From Squalus acanthias (taxonomy: Eukaryota): 64,000 nucleotides of DNA. The notes beneath the pieces are model-generated. The model worked only from the letters and a program-made list of their open reading frames with translations, did no database searches and was not told the origin of the DNA. Location: NCBI GenBank assembly GCA_030390025.1, contig CM059432.1, forward strand, positions 74,402,001 to 74,466,000, read 5' to 3'. The translations under genes were made by a program, and so were the position numbers. This document shows, in pieces, positions 39,134 through 50,043 of this stretch (its first letter is position 1; every line of letters begins with the position of its first letter).

Positions 39134-39168
39134 TACGAGCTTTTGGAGCTCCGCTCCTTCTTCAGGTA
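39134..39168 (-). ncRNA. Second hammerhead copy with the core GAAA changed to AAAA
   Basis: Reverse complement reads TACCTGAAGAAGGAGCGGAGCTCCAAAAGCTCGTA. Confidence 0.7.
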
Positions 39169-39395
39169 CAGGTACAGTGAGGGAATACAAATCGATTACA
39201 CAGTATATATATATACAGAGAACAACGTGTCTGCAGAGATACAATCTGTTAGGGAGGCATTACATCAAAGACACATCAGAGTACAGCTAAGACAATGAGG
39301 TGAGTCACAGGGGGTCCAACGTGTCAAATGCTGCCGTCTGCAGTTAAGCTTTTAACTTTTTTTTTAAAACTGGAAAAACAGACAACGATGTCGAG

Positions 39396-39945
39396 TCACG
39401 TTCTGTAGCATGACATGAACCCGAGATCCCTGTTGAGGCCGTCCTCATGAGTGCGGAACTTGGCTATCAGTTTCTGCTCGATGATTTTGCGTTGTCGTGT
39501 GTCTCGAAGGCCGCCTTGGAGAACGCTAACCCGCAGATCTGAGGCTGAATTTCCTTGACTGCTGAAGTGTTCCCCGACTGGGAGGTAACAATCCTGCCTG
39601 GCGATTGTTGCGCGGTGTCCGTTCATACATTGTCTCAGTGTCTGCATGGTCTCGCCGATGTACCATGCCGCGGTGCATTCTTTCCTGCAACGTATGAGGT
39701 AGACAACATTGGCCGAGTCACATGAGTATGTACCATGTACCTGGTGGGTAGTGTCCTCACGTGTGATGATGGTATCTGTGTTGATGATCTGGCATGTCTT
39801 GCAGAGGTTGCCATGGCAGGGTTGTGTGGTGTCGTGGTCGCTGTTCTCCTGACAGCTGGGTAATTTGCTGCGAACGATGGTACTTTTGAGGTTAGGCGGC
39901 TGCTTGAAGGCGAGTAGTGGAGGCGTGGGGATGGCCTTAGCAGGG
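39396..39945 (-). pseudogene. Penelope GIY-YIG endonuclease C-terminal fragment with Cys-rich linker
   Basis: PCHGNLCKTC...YSCDSANVVYLIRC...WYIGET...HR...VGEHF...GLNRD. Confidence 0.9.
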
Positions 39946-40345
39946 AACACTTCAGCAGTCAAGGACGTTCAGCCTCGGATCTGCGGGTTAGCGTTCTCCA
40001 AGGCGGCCTTCGAGACACACGACAACGCAAAATCATCGAGCAGAAACTGATAGCCAAGTTCCGCACCCATGAGGACGGCCTCAACAGGGATCTCGGGTTC
40101 ATGTCACGCTATAGAACGTGACTCGACATCGTTGTCTGTTTTTCCAGTTTAAAAAAAAAGTTAAAAGCTTAACTGCAGACGGCAGCACTTGACACGTTGG
40201 ACCCCCTGTGACCCACCTCATTGTCTTAGCTGTACTCTGATGTGTCTTTGATGTAATGCCTCCCTAACAGATTGTATCTCTGCAGACACATTGTTCTCTG
40301 TATATATATACTGTGTAATCGATTTGTATTCCCTCACTGTACCTG

Positions 40346-40380
40346 TACCTGAAGAAGGAGCGGAGCTCCGAAAGCTCGTA
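40346..40380 (+). ncRNA. Minimal type I hammerhead ribozyme in the Penelope pseudo-LTR
   Basis: TAC-CTGAAGA-A-GGAGC-GGA-GCTCC-GAAA-GC-TC-GTA: conserved cores, stem II, palindromic AGCT stem III, short stem I. Confidence 0.8.
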
Positions 40381-41295
40381 ATTTTAAATAAAACTGTTGG
40401 ACTATAACCTGGTGTTGTGCAACTTCTCATTCTTGTATTCTATGCCACGGCTAATAAAGGCAAGCATTCCGTATGCCTTCTTAACCACCTTATCTACCTG
40501 GCCTGCTACCTTCAGGGATCTGTGGACATGCACTCCAAGGTCCCTTTGTTCCTCTACACTACTCAGTGTCCTACCATTTAATGTGTATTCCCTTTCCTGT
40601 TAGCCCTCCCCAAATGCATTACCTCACACTTCTCCGGATTGAATTCCATTTGGCACTGTTCTGCCCATCTGACCAATTTATTGATATCATCCTGCAGTCT
40701 ACAGCTTCCTTCTTCAGTATCAACCACACAGCCGATTTTAGTATCATCTGCAAACTTCTTAATCATACCCCCTATATTCAAGTCTAGATCATTGATATAT
40801 ACCACAAAAAACAAGGGACCTAATACTGAGCCCTGCGGAACCCCACTGGAAACAGCCTTCCAGTCACAAAAACACCCATCAACCATTACCCTCTGCTTCC
40901 TTCCTCCGAGCCAGTTTTGAATCCAACTTGACACTTTGCCCTGGATCCCATGGGATTTTAACTTCATGACCAGTCTGCCATGTGGAACCTTATCAAAAGC
41001 CTTGCTAAAGTCCATATACACTACATCAAACACACTACCCTCATCTACCCTCCTTGTTCCCTCCTCAAAAAATTCAATCAAGTTTGTCAGACACGACCTT
41101 CCCTTAACAAATGCTGTGTGTCTCGAGTCCAAACCAGGTAAGGATGGCAGATTTTGTTTCCTAAAGGACGTTAGTGACCAGATGGGTTTTTACGACAATC
41201 TGATAATTTCATGACCACCATTACTGTTACTAGCTTTTTATTCCAAATTTTTAAAATTTTATTTAAGTGAATTTAAATTCCCCAGCTGCTGTGGT

Positions 41296-41447
41296 GGGAT
41301 TTGAACTCACATCTCTGGATCATTAGTCCAGGCCTATGGATTACTAATACAAAAGCAAAATACTGCGGATGCTGGAAATCTGAAATAAAAACAGAAAATG
41401 CTGGAAATGCTGGATTACTAGTCCAGTAACATAACCACTATGCTACC
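41296..41447 (-). promoter_or_regulatory. tRNA-derived type 2 Pol III internal promoter (A box and B box)
   Basis: A box TAGCATAGTGG (41445-41435); B box GAGTTCAAATCCC (41308-41296); spacing ~52 nt once the 41347-41410 insert and one TSD copy are removed. Confidence 0.8.
41347..41410. mobile_element. 64-bp insertion, probably the terminus of a second Penelope family
   Basis: 10-bp TSD TGGATTACTA (41337-41346 / 41411-41420); AAAAGCAAAATACTGCGGATGCTGGAAATCTG recalled as a shark Penelope terminal motif. Confidence 0.6.
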
Positions 41448-41449
41448 TT

Positions 41450-42165
41450 TCCTAATCATCAACAATATGATGGAAGGAGTTATCAATAGTACCTTCAAGC
41501 AACACCTACTCACCAAAAACATGCTCACTAATGCTCAACGTGTGCTCTCAGAAAACCATGCATCTCAAAACCTAGTCATAGCCTTGATCGAGACATGGAC
41601 GTAAGAGCTGAATTCTAAAGGAAAGGTGAGAGCAACTGCCCTTGACATCAAGGCAGCATTCAACTGAGTATGGCACCACGGATCCCTAGCAAGACTGAGG
41701 TCAGTGATTGTCAAGCAAAATCTCTCCAGTGGCTAGTCATACCCAGTAAGATGGTAGTGGTTGTTGAAGGGCAATCACTGCAACCTCAGGATATAACTGC
41801 TGGAGATTCTCAGGAATTGTCTTTAGCCCAACAATCTTTAGCTGCTTCGTTAATGACCTTTTCTCCATAATAAGTTCGGAAGTGGGGCTGTTTGCTGATG
41901 ATTCTGCAGTGTTCAGCTACATTCACAACTCCTCCAGTAATGAAGCAGCCCATGCCAGCCTACAGCAGGACTTGGGCAGTATTCAGATGAGCTAACAAGT
42001 GGCGGGTAAAATTTGCATTACATCAGTGCCCAGTAATGACCATCTCCAACAAGAAAAGGCCCAGCACCTACCCCTGACCTTTAATGGCACCATCGTCACC
42101 TGAGTTCCCCATCATCAACATCTTGGGGGTCACCACTGACCAGAAGCTTAATTGGACCAGCCAGT
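41450..42165 (+). mobile_element. Older family B LINE, right part
   Basis: Collinear with ~4500-5235 (ALDIKAAF, LFADD, ILGVTTDQKLNWT). Confidence 0.8.
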
Positions 42166-42529
42166 CAATATGGATCTTGGTGTGAGTAAATCAATTTCCT
42201 GGTGTGGTGCTAAGCCATAAGATCAGGAGAGATCCAGGTTTATGGTGAGTTAGCTGATCTCAGCTAAGGGGGAGCAGGGTCAATACAAGTAACCTCAGCA
42301 TCTCTGGGGATGAGCAGTGATGTAGTGGGTATACTGTAGATCATGTAGAAGATTTCTTCTCATTGTTGGGGTTGGGGGGGTGGTGGTGGTGGTGGTGGTG
42401 GGATCATGAACCCTCTTCCAAGTGCATTTCCCAGTGTTAGAATAGATTTGTTTATACGTACAGAAATACTTCATGACGTGAAAAAACACAGCATACAATT
42501 AAAACACCCAAAGCAGGCTCTCACAACCA

Positions 42530-42910
42530 GCAGCAGTCACTAAAAGCTAGCCAGCCAAACCACAGCCGGCCAACCAACCACAAATAGCCAGCAACCAGTC
42601 TGCAACCAGCCAACCACCAGCAGCCATCAAGACACCACCACCATCAGCCAATCTACAGCCAGACACCAGTAGCCAGCCGTCAGTTCTTGGGTAGTTGACA
42701 CTTCTCAGCCAGTCACCTCCAGCCCATCTACAGTCAGCCTGCAGCCAGCTAACAGGAGCGAGCCAATTGCAGACATCCACCTGCTGTAAGCCAGTCTCCT
42801 GCAGTTAGTCTGCAATTGGTTGCAGCCAATCTGCAGTTGGCCTGCAACCAGCTGCCCAGTCTCAGCCAACTGCCAACACCCAGACCACCCTCAGCAGCCA
42901 ACCACCTGTC
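42530..42910. repeat. Degenerate CAGCCAACC-like minisatellite / low-complexity tract
   Basis: Many CAGCCA and CAACCAG units with strong C/A strand skew. Confidence 0.65.
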
Positions 42911-43269
42911 CCAGGCTACAGGAGCAGTGAGGTCAGAATTGGGGTCAGCAGGAAAGCTGCCAGAATAGGGAGTGAGAATGGAATGGAAGGGGGAAATGGG
43001 GGCTTCCAGACTTGGAAGGGGGAGAGGCAGCAGCACTAGTATATTTACTTGGCTTTTACAGTAAGTGTCTCAGTTAATACAGGAGAGTTGCATTGTTTTT
43101 TCTGTCCACAGGAGACATTCATATTAGCTCAGAAACCTGCTGTAAAAGTTGAGTCACTTGACGATAAAAGTGCCACTGCCCCTCTCCCCTCCATCTCCCT
43201 CTCCTGATTCTGACAGCTCTCTCCCCTGCTACCAATTTTGGTAACAGTGAACAACTGAGTAAACAATTG

Positions 43270-43585
43270 AGTATATCACTCAGGCCTGACAGTTCTACAG
43301 CAGTACTGAAGGAGTTCTGCATTGTTGGAGATCTTTTAGATGAGATGTTAAACCAAAGCCCTGTCTGCCTATTCAGGTGATGGTAAATATATGATTGCAT
43401 TACTTTTTGAAGAAGAGCCTGAAAGTGCCTTGGCCAGCATTCCTCCTTCAACCAACACCACCAAAACCAGATTAACTGGTAATTCATTTTATTTGCTGTT
43501 TGTGAGATCTTGCTGTGGGCCAACAGTAATTACACCTGGAAAGTAATTACTTGGATATGCAGTACTTTGGGACATCCTAAAGACA
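43270..43585 (+). mobile_element. Deu-domain SINE
   Basis: GATGAGATGTTAAACC...TTGCTGTTTGTGAGATCTTGCTGTG...CTTTGGGACATCCT. Confidence 0.75.
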
Positions 43586-44489
43586 TAATTCTTCCTTATT
43601 AAACAACAGTTTAGAATTTCAGGTGCAAACACTTCATCTGCCTTTTCCCTGCCTTAGCTGTTTTCATGCCCTTTTAATTGCTTTTCAGTGCCTCGTTGAT
43701 CTGCCAATTTTCACTTCTTTCCAGTTTTTTAAAATACTTATTTGCTGCTCATTTAACCCATTAACTTCTCTGTGCGACAAGAGTCAGAATCTGACGTGAC
43801 TTTTAATTGTTGCTCTCTCTCTCCGGTTTGATCAGTCTTATTAAAAGGTGCTCTTCTCTTTCAGATACGATTCTAATGAAAAGTCCACATCCAAAACTCT
43901 AACCTGTGCTTTCACGTTAAAAATGCTAATGTACTTACTGTGTTTTTATTAAACAACTGACATAGCGGGATAGTCTACTGGTGGATGTGGATATTTTACA
44001 TGCCGGCACAGTGCTGGATATTAATCTGAGTTTTGAGAGTTAGGGAGTTTGGCTTGAACTGGAGTAAGTCAATGAGTAAATACTAATATCATTTTTGATT
44101 AGTTAGCTGTTAAGTGTTCTTTTTTTGCAAATAGTAACTGAGTTGGTTTGATTGACAAGCTATCTATGAGTTGGGTGTGAAAGTGCTCGTGGCTATTGTG
44201 ATTCTTCATTGATTAGCTGTTTTGAAAATGGTACCGAGATGTTTCTTGGTGCTGACTGTGTAGTTTTGAGAGGATTTGAGCAGCTGGTACAAGCAGGCAG
44301 CAATTGAGGTAGGAGGGGTCAGCGGAATGAAAAGGTAGTTGAGTGAATTTGGCCTGAACTGAAGTTTGATACAGATGTGTATTTGACTTTAAATTAATTT
44401 GTTACAACAGGACAGTGGAAACGACTATTGTGTGAAACTTGCATGATGTGGGAGTTTTTGGAAACTATGAATGCTCAAGACAACCACAT

Positions 44490-44860
44490 GTGTTTTAAAA
44501 ATCTCATCCTTGTTTTCAAATCCCTCCATGACCTTGCCCCTCCCTAATTCTGTAATCTCCTCCAGCCCTACAACTTTCTGAGATATTTGCACTTCTCCAA
44601 TTCTGACCTCTTGCAAATCCCTGATATTCATTGCTCCACCATTGGCGGCCATGCCTTCAGTTACCTAGGCCCCAAGCTCTGGAATTCCCTCCCTAAACCT
44701 CTCTTCCTTTAAGGCGCTGCTTAAAACCTACCTCTTTGACCTATCCTAATACCTCATTGTGTTGCTCGGTGTCAAATTGTGTTTGATAATCATTCCTGTG
44801 AAGCATCTTGGGATGTTTTACCACGTTAAAGGTGCTACATAAATGCAAGTTGTTGTTGTG
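44490..44860 (+). mobile_element. L2 LINE 3' fragment
   Basis: Collinear with 55515-55910; (TTG)n tail. Confidence 0.85.
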
Positions 44861-44902
44861 TAAGAAGTATCTCCAAGTGGCTCATTTGGGCTCAATCTTA
44901 CT

Positions 44903-45455
44903 TTCTGGAATTTTCAGAGGTAAGAACGGGTGGGTTGGAGGTGTGGGGGGAAGTGAAAGTTGTACAAATATAGAACCCGACCCCAACCCGCCCACTTTCA
45001 CCTTTTACTCTGGCGGGATGTGCATCCTCACGACCCCCCAAGCTCCCCTGCCATCAGCCTGCCCCTCCCTGGGGTCAGGATTGAAACCCCCGGGGGTCGT
45101 GACTCAGCTCCAGGGTCGGGGATCAGACCCCCCCCGGGATTGCTCTCACCACCCCTCCACCACCCCCAACCCCCGGGGGATGGGAGCACCCCTCCCGGCC
45201 TTGGACCCCTGCCCCCCCACCATCCTGGGCCCAGCACTTACCTGGTCCTGTGGCCTCCTTGTCCGAGTTCCCAGCACGAATGGAAGCCAGTTTGTCAATC
45301 AGGCTGACTTCCAGGTGGGGAACTTGCCCTTTCCGTCGCACGCACGCTGTGGAATTAAAACTCCATAGCGTGCCGGGAAACCCAAACTTCTGGGTTTCCC
45401 ACCGTCTCCCGGGTCCCTCCACACCGTGCGGGTGGGTCCCGGGAAAATCCAGCCC
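44903..45455. mobile_element. GC-rich non-autonomous Harbinger-type element
   Basis: Right TIR GAAAATCCAGCCC matches that of the 16923-21207 element; degenerate left end; ACT flanks both sides. Confidence 0.7.
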
Positions 45456-47200
45456 ACTGAGCTTGAGAAACAATAGGAGTCAGTGTATAGCAGAAGAAAG
45501 GGTTCCTGGGTTGTATATCTCAGGAGGCTGTCGACTTACAGATAAAGAGGAATATTGGGGCAGAGGAAGCAAATTCTGATACCATCACTGGGAAGACAAG
45601 GGGAATGGAGGACTCAGATGGTGGTGATGCAGGAAACTCCATGGCCTAGTGATTGGATATGGCCACAAAACGGGCGGTGTCATGGCCCAACGATGTTAAG
45701 CTGCACCAGGTCAAAATGGTTTTGGTAGCACACAAAATTCGTGCTCAATCCTCAATAACATGATTATTGTCTTGATCTCAGCACTAAAACCGCTGCTCAT
45801 TGGCTTACTGCTCAACAGGTGGGCCAACATCGGGCCCAGTCTAATTCCCAGTTATGTTTGGCACAGGCTTTATTCAGTACTTAAAGGGGAGGTGCAGTGA
45901 TGCTACAGCACCTCATTGTCAATCCAGTTCCAACTTCACCTGGAAGAAGATGGCAGTGCCTCAGCACAGGGAGAGAGCCCGCAGATTCTCAGACGGGCCA
46001 CTTGAGGCACTGGTGGTGGCCGTGGAGAGGAGGCGGGCTGGAAGCCCTCGCCACATACATCTCAAAGGCTTTGGCAGGTGATAACTGTCTATGTGACGGC
46101 CAGCACTGTGGTCCCCAGGTCGGCGATCCAGTGCCGCAAGATGTTTAGTGACCTCACACGGCAGGTCAAGGTGAGTGAAGGCTTAAGCAAATGCCATATC
46201 CCACCATCTGCACCACAAGTCTCACACACTACACCCCCATCACTCACCTACCAATCTCTACCTCACAATCATAGCTTCACTTCACCCTCACAACCTTACC
46301 ACTGCTGCAACACTCACACCCACATCTCACACCTTGCACACACTGACAGCTTTTAAATATGGCAGGTACATGGCTCAGACAGATTGCACCACACACACAC
46401 TTCCCTTTCTCTTGCAGGCCAAGGTTGCGCATAACAGGAGGGAGCAGTGGCAGACAGGCAGGGGGCAGGCTGCCATCCAGGACCTCAGCCATCTGGAGAA
46501 GCGAGTGCTGGAGATCATTGGGCGACAGATCATACAGGCCATGGCAACTGGCAAGGTTGAAGCCCTTGGGGACAACAACGGTCTGCTCATTCCTAATCCT
46601 TCATCTCACATCCCACTTCCTCCTCATCCCACAATCTCTTCTCACTTTCAAGCTGCTGATGTTGTATGCTTGGATATCTTGCTTCCCCCCACCATTCGCT
46701 CACTGTACTCCGAGTCTTGTGCCTTTCTGCTTATCAAGACCAAGCACCTGAGCAGCTTGTCCCTGAGGCGATGCAGGAGAGGAAGAAGAAGAAGACACCG
46801 CATCTGTCACTCGCAGACACCAGCTCAGAAACTGGCACTACGCCTACTTTAGAGGCAAGTTTAGAAGTGGGATCTGCACAGGGTGAGGCACCGGGTATGA
46901 GTGGGCTGCAGCAAGGCCAGGGGGAAAGGGTAGCTTGGGGGCCAGCTGCCTGGAGGGTGAGTTCGCGGATGAGGACCTCGATGGGGCGGCCTTCAGAAGA
47001 AGGGTGATGGACATGCACACCGAATTGCTAGGTACAGTACAATGGCAAGCCTGCCAGAGAGACTTTCGGCAATGTGAAGGAGCATGGAGGAGTCCGCCTC
47101 CAACATTATTGGGGCTTTGTGCAGAGCTTGGATTTCACAGAATCACAGAATCCCACAATGCAGATAGAGGCCATTTCGGCCCATCGAGCCTGCACCGACA

Positions 47201-49685
47201 CATAAGAACATAAGAACATAAGAAATAGGAGCAGGAGTAGGTCAATCGGCCCCTCGAGCCTGCTCCGCCATTCAATAAGATCATGGCTGATCTGATCCTA
47301 ACCGCCAATCTACTATCTATCACAGAACCATCTCCTGCATCTAACAGAATTGCACACACGAAATAGGAGCAGAATCAGGCTACACGGTCCCTGGGCCCGC
47401 TCCACTACCCACAGGGCCATGACCGATCCGAACCTAGACTCATGTCCAAATTCCTGCCCGCTCCCCGTAACCCTTAATGCCCTTTACTTCTAGGAAACTG
47501 TCTATTTCTGTTTTAAATTTATTTAATGATGTAGCTTCTACAGCTTTTTGTGGCAGCATATTCCATGGACCTACCACCCTCTGAGTGAAGTAGTTCCTCC
47601 TCATCTCAGTTTTGAAAGAGCAGCCCCTTATTCTAAGACTATGTCCCCTAGTTCTAGTCTCACCCGTCATCGGGAACATCCTCCCCGCATCCACCCGATC
47701 CAACCCCTTCACAATCTTATATGTTTCAATAAGATCGCCTCTCATTCTTCTGAACTCCAATGAGTAGAGTCCCAATCCACCCAACCTCTCCTCATATGAC
47801 CACCCCCTCATCCCCGGGATTAACCGAGTGAACCTTTTTTGCACTGCCTCGAGAGCAAGGATGTCTTTCCTTAAGTAAGGACACCAAAACTGTATGCAGT
47901 ATTCCAGGTGCGGTCTCACCAATACCTTGTACAACTGAAGCAATACCTCCCTATTTTTATATTCTATCCCCCTAGCAATGAAAGCCAACATTCCATTTGC
48001 CTTCTTAATCACTTGCTGCACCTGCATACTAACCTTTTGAGTTTCGTGCACCAGGACCCCCAGATCCCTTTGCACTTCAGTACTCTCCAGTTTCTTGCCA
48101 TTAAGATAATAAATTGCTCTAGGATTTTTCCTGCCAAAGTGCATCACCTCACACTTTCCAGTGTTGTATTCCATCTGCCAAATCTCTGCCCACTTACTTA
48201 GCCTGTCTATGTCCCCTTGCAGGTTTTTTATGTCCTCCTCACTCATTACTTTCCCTCCCATCTTAGTATCATCTGCAAATTTTGATATGTTACACTTGGT
48301 CCCTTCCTCCAAATCGTTAATATAGATTGTAAAGAGTTGGGGACCCAGCACTGACCCCTGTGGAACACCACTAGTTACTGATTGCCAGTCTGAGAATGAA
48401 CCATTTATCCCAACTCTTTGCTTTCTGTTAGATAGCCAATCCTCTATCCATGCCAGAATATTACCCCCAATCCCGTGATTTTTTACCTTAAGCAATAATC
48501 TTTTGTGTGGCACCTTGTCAAATGCCTTTTGGAAGTCTAAATACACTACGTCCACTGGTTCCCCTTTATCCACTCTATATGTTACTTCCTCAAAGAACTC
48601 CAGCAAATTTGTCAAACATGACTTCCCCTTCGTAAAACCATGCTGACTTTGTCCTATTAAATTATGATTATCCAAATGTCCTGTTACTGTTTCCTTAATA
48701 ATGGACTCCAAAATTTTACCTACCTCAGATGTTAGGCTAACCGGTCTATAGTTACCAGCCTTCTGTCTACTGCCCTTTTTAAATAAGGGTGTTACATTAG
48801 CAGTTTTCCAGTCTGCCGGGACCTTCGCGGAATCCAGGGAGTTTTGAAAAATTATTACCAATGCATCTACAATCCCTACCGCCACTTCCTTCAAGACTCT
48901 AGGATGTAAGCCATCAGGTCCAGGTGATTTATCCGCCTTGAGTCCCATTATTTTACCGAGTACCACTTCCTTAGTGATTTTGATCGTGTTTAGCTCCTCT
49001 CCCCCTATAGCCCCCTGTTTGTCCAGTGTTGGGATATTCTTAGTGTCCTCTACTGTAAAGACTGATACAAAATATTCATTCAGTGTTTTTGCCATCTCCA
49101 TATTTCCCACCATTAATTTCCCGGTCTCATCCTCTAAGGGACCAACATTTACTTTAGCCACCCTTTTTCTTTTTATATAACTATAAAAACTCTTACTATC
49201 TGTTTTTATATTTTTTGCTAATTTACTTTCATAATCTATCTTCCCTTTCTTAATCAATCTTTTTGTTATTTTTTGCTGCCTTTTAAAGTTTTCCCAATCC
49301 TCTGCCCTCCCACTAGATTTTGCTACCTTATATGCCCTTGTTTTTAGTCGAATACTATCCTTAATTTCTTTACTTAGCCACGGATGACTGTCCTTTCTTT
49401 TACACCCTTTTCTTTTCAGTGGAATATATTTTTTTGGAAGTTGTAAAATAACTCCTTGAATGTACACCACTGATCTTACCCTTTAATCTATTTTCCCAAT
49501 CCACTCTACTCAATTCCGCTCGCATACCTTCATAGTCTCCTTTATTCAAGCTTAGCACGCTTGTTTGAGATCCAACCTTCTCACCCTCTAATTGAATATG
49601 GAATTCAACCATGTTATGGTCACTCATTCCAAGGGGATCCTTTACTAGGACATTTTTAATTAATCCTGTCTCATTACACAGGACA
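47201..49685 (-). mobile_element. Young CR1 LINE, 5'-truncated within the endonuclease
   Basis: 676-aa open RT region; duplicated 3' UTR; (TTCTTATG)n tail. Confidence 0.96.
47440..49470 (-). CDS. CR1 ORF2 reverse transcriptase and C-terminal region (open frame, lacks an intact endonuclease)
   Basis: [43 protein letters not shown]. Confidence 0.85.
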   Translation of the reverse strand: MVYIQGVILQLPKKYIPLKRKGCKRKDSHPWLSKEIKDSIRLKTRAYKVAKSSGRAEDWENFKRQQKITKRLIKKGKIDYESKLAKNIKTDSKSFYSYIKRKRVAKVNVGPLEDETGKLMVGNMEMAKTLNEYFVSVFTVEDTKNIPTLDKQGAIGGEELNTIKITKEVVLGKIMGLKADKSPGPDGLHPRVLKEVAVGIVDALVIIFQNSLDSAKVPADWKTANVTPLFKKGSRQKAGNYRPVSLTSEVGKILESIIKETVTGHLDNHNLIGQSQHGFTKGKSCLTNLLEFFEEVTYRVDKGEPVDVVYLDFQKAFDKVPHKRLLLKVKNHGIGGNILAWIEDWLSNRKQRVGINGSFSDWQSVTSGVPQGSVLGPQLFTIYINDLEEGTKCNISKFADDTKMGGKVMSEEDIKNLQGDIDRLSKWAEIWQMEYNTGKCEVMHFGRKNPRAIYYLNGKKLESTEVQRDLGVLVHETQKVSMQVQQVIKKANGMLAFIARGIEYKNREVLLQLYKVLVRPHLEYCIQFWCPYLRKDILALEAVQKRFTRLIPGMRGWSYEERLGGLGLYSLEFRRMRGDLIETYKIVKGLDRVDAGRMFPMTGETRTRGHSLRIRGCSFKTEMRRNYFTQRVVGPWNMLPQKAVEATSLNKFKTEIDSFLEVKGIKGYGERAGIWT

Positions 49686-50043
49686 TATCCCACCCTATCC
49701 CCATAACCCCACGTATTTAATCCCCCTAACACTAAGGGTCAATTTATCATAGCCAAATCAACCTAACCCGCACATCTTTGGACTGTGGGAGGAAACCGGA
49801 GCACCCGGAGGAAACCCACGCAAACACGGGGAGAATGTGCAAACTCCACACAGACAGTCACCCGAGGCCGGATTCGAACCCGGGTCCCTGGCGCTGTGAG
49901 GTAACAGTGTTAACCACTATGCCACCGTGTTGCCCTAAAGTTTCCAGGCTGGAAAACTCCTGAAGAGACCGTGTTGACCCAGACATGATGGTACATGTGA
50001 GGGGCGATGTCGCGGCTGCCATTGCAGCACAGGCATAAGCGAG

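Larger units (their letters stand above)
39047..40430 (-). mobile_element. Penelope-like element: 5'-truncated copy with an inverted pseudo-LTR
   Basis: 14-bp TSD TCTTGTATTCTATG (39033-39046 / 40431-40444); ~490-bp inverted arms ~39084-39574 and ~39943-40430; GIY-YIG ORF fragment. Confidence 0.93.
38431..41113 (-). mobile_element. CR1 3' fragment inserted in the family B 5' region and split by a Penelope insertion
   Basis: ORFs 40578-41132 and 38509-39117; (TTTCTATGA)n-type tail at 38431-38450. Confidence 0.92.
35480..41447 (-). mobile_element. Full-length family B LINE (~3.2 kb after removing nested inserts): tRNA-like head, single EN-RT ORF, poly(A)
   Basis: Head at 41447-41114; body at 38430-35480 with KVLLTNICGL, ILTESY, TYRPP, GDFNVHH, YRPISLL, FDIKAAFDRVWH, GVPQGSVLGP; flanked on both sides by halves of the older + strand copy. 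Confidence 0.85.
44000..45645 (+). mobile_element. Old CR1 5' UTR / ORF1 remnant split by an L2 fragment and a MITE
   Basis: LLCETCMMWEFLETMNAQDNHMC-KKYLQ...LTELEKQ resembles the CR1 ORF1 zinc finger / leucine zipper. Confidence 0.6.
47136..49935 (-). mobile_element. HE1-like tRNA-derived V-SINE (head and body 49935-49686, tail 47200-47136) split by a CR1
   Basis: A box TGGCATAGTGG; B box GGTTCGAATCC; V-domain GTGGAGTTTGCACATTCTCCCCGTG...TTTCCTCCCACAGTCCAAAGA; CR1-type tail (GATTCTGT)n. Confidence 0.88.

Noticed and set aside
39084..40430. DNA transposon with long TIRs, or an LTR element
   Set aside because: The arms contain GIY-YIG coding sequence and hammerheads and the TSD is 14 bp, which fits a Penelope inversion.
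43865..43950. Third hammerhead-like motif (CTAATGA...CAAAAC)
   Set aside because: Both cores are mutated and the stems do not pair; at most a decayed Penelope remnant.
49860..49935. tRNA gene
   Set aside because: The A/B boxes run into a V-SINE body, so this is a SINE head; 41296-41447 is likewise not a tRNA gene.
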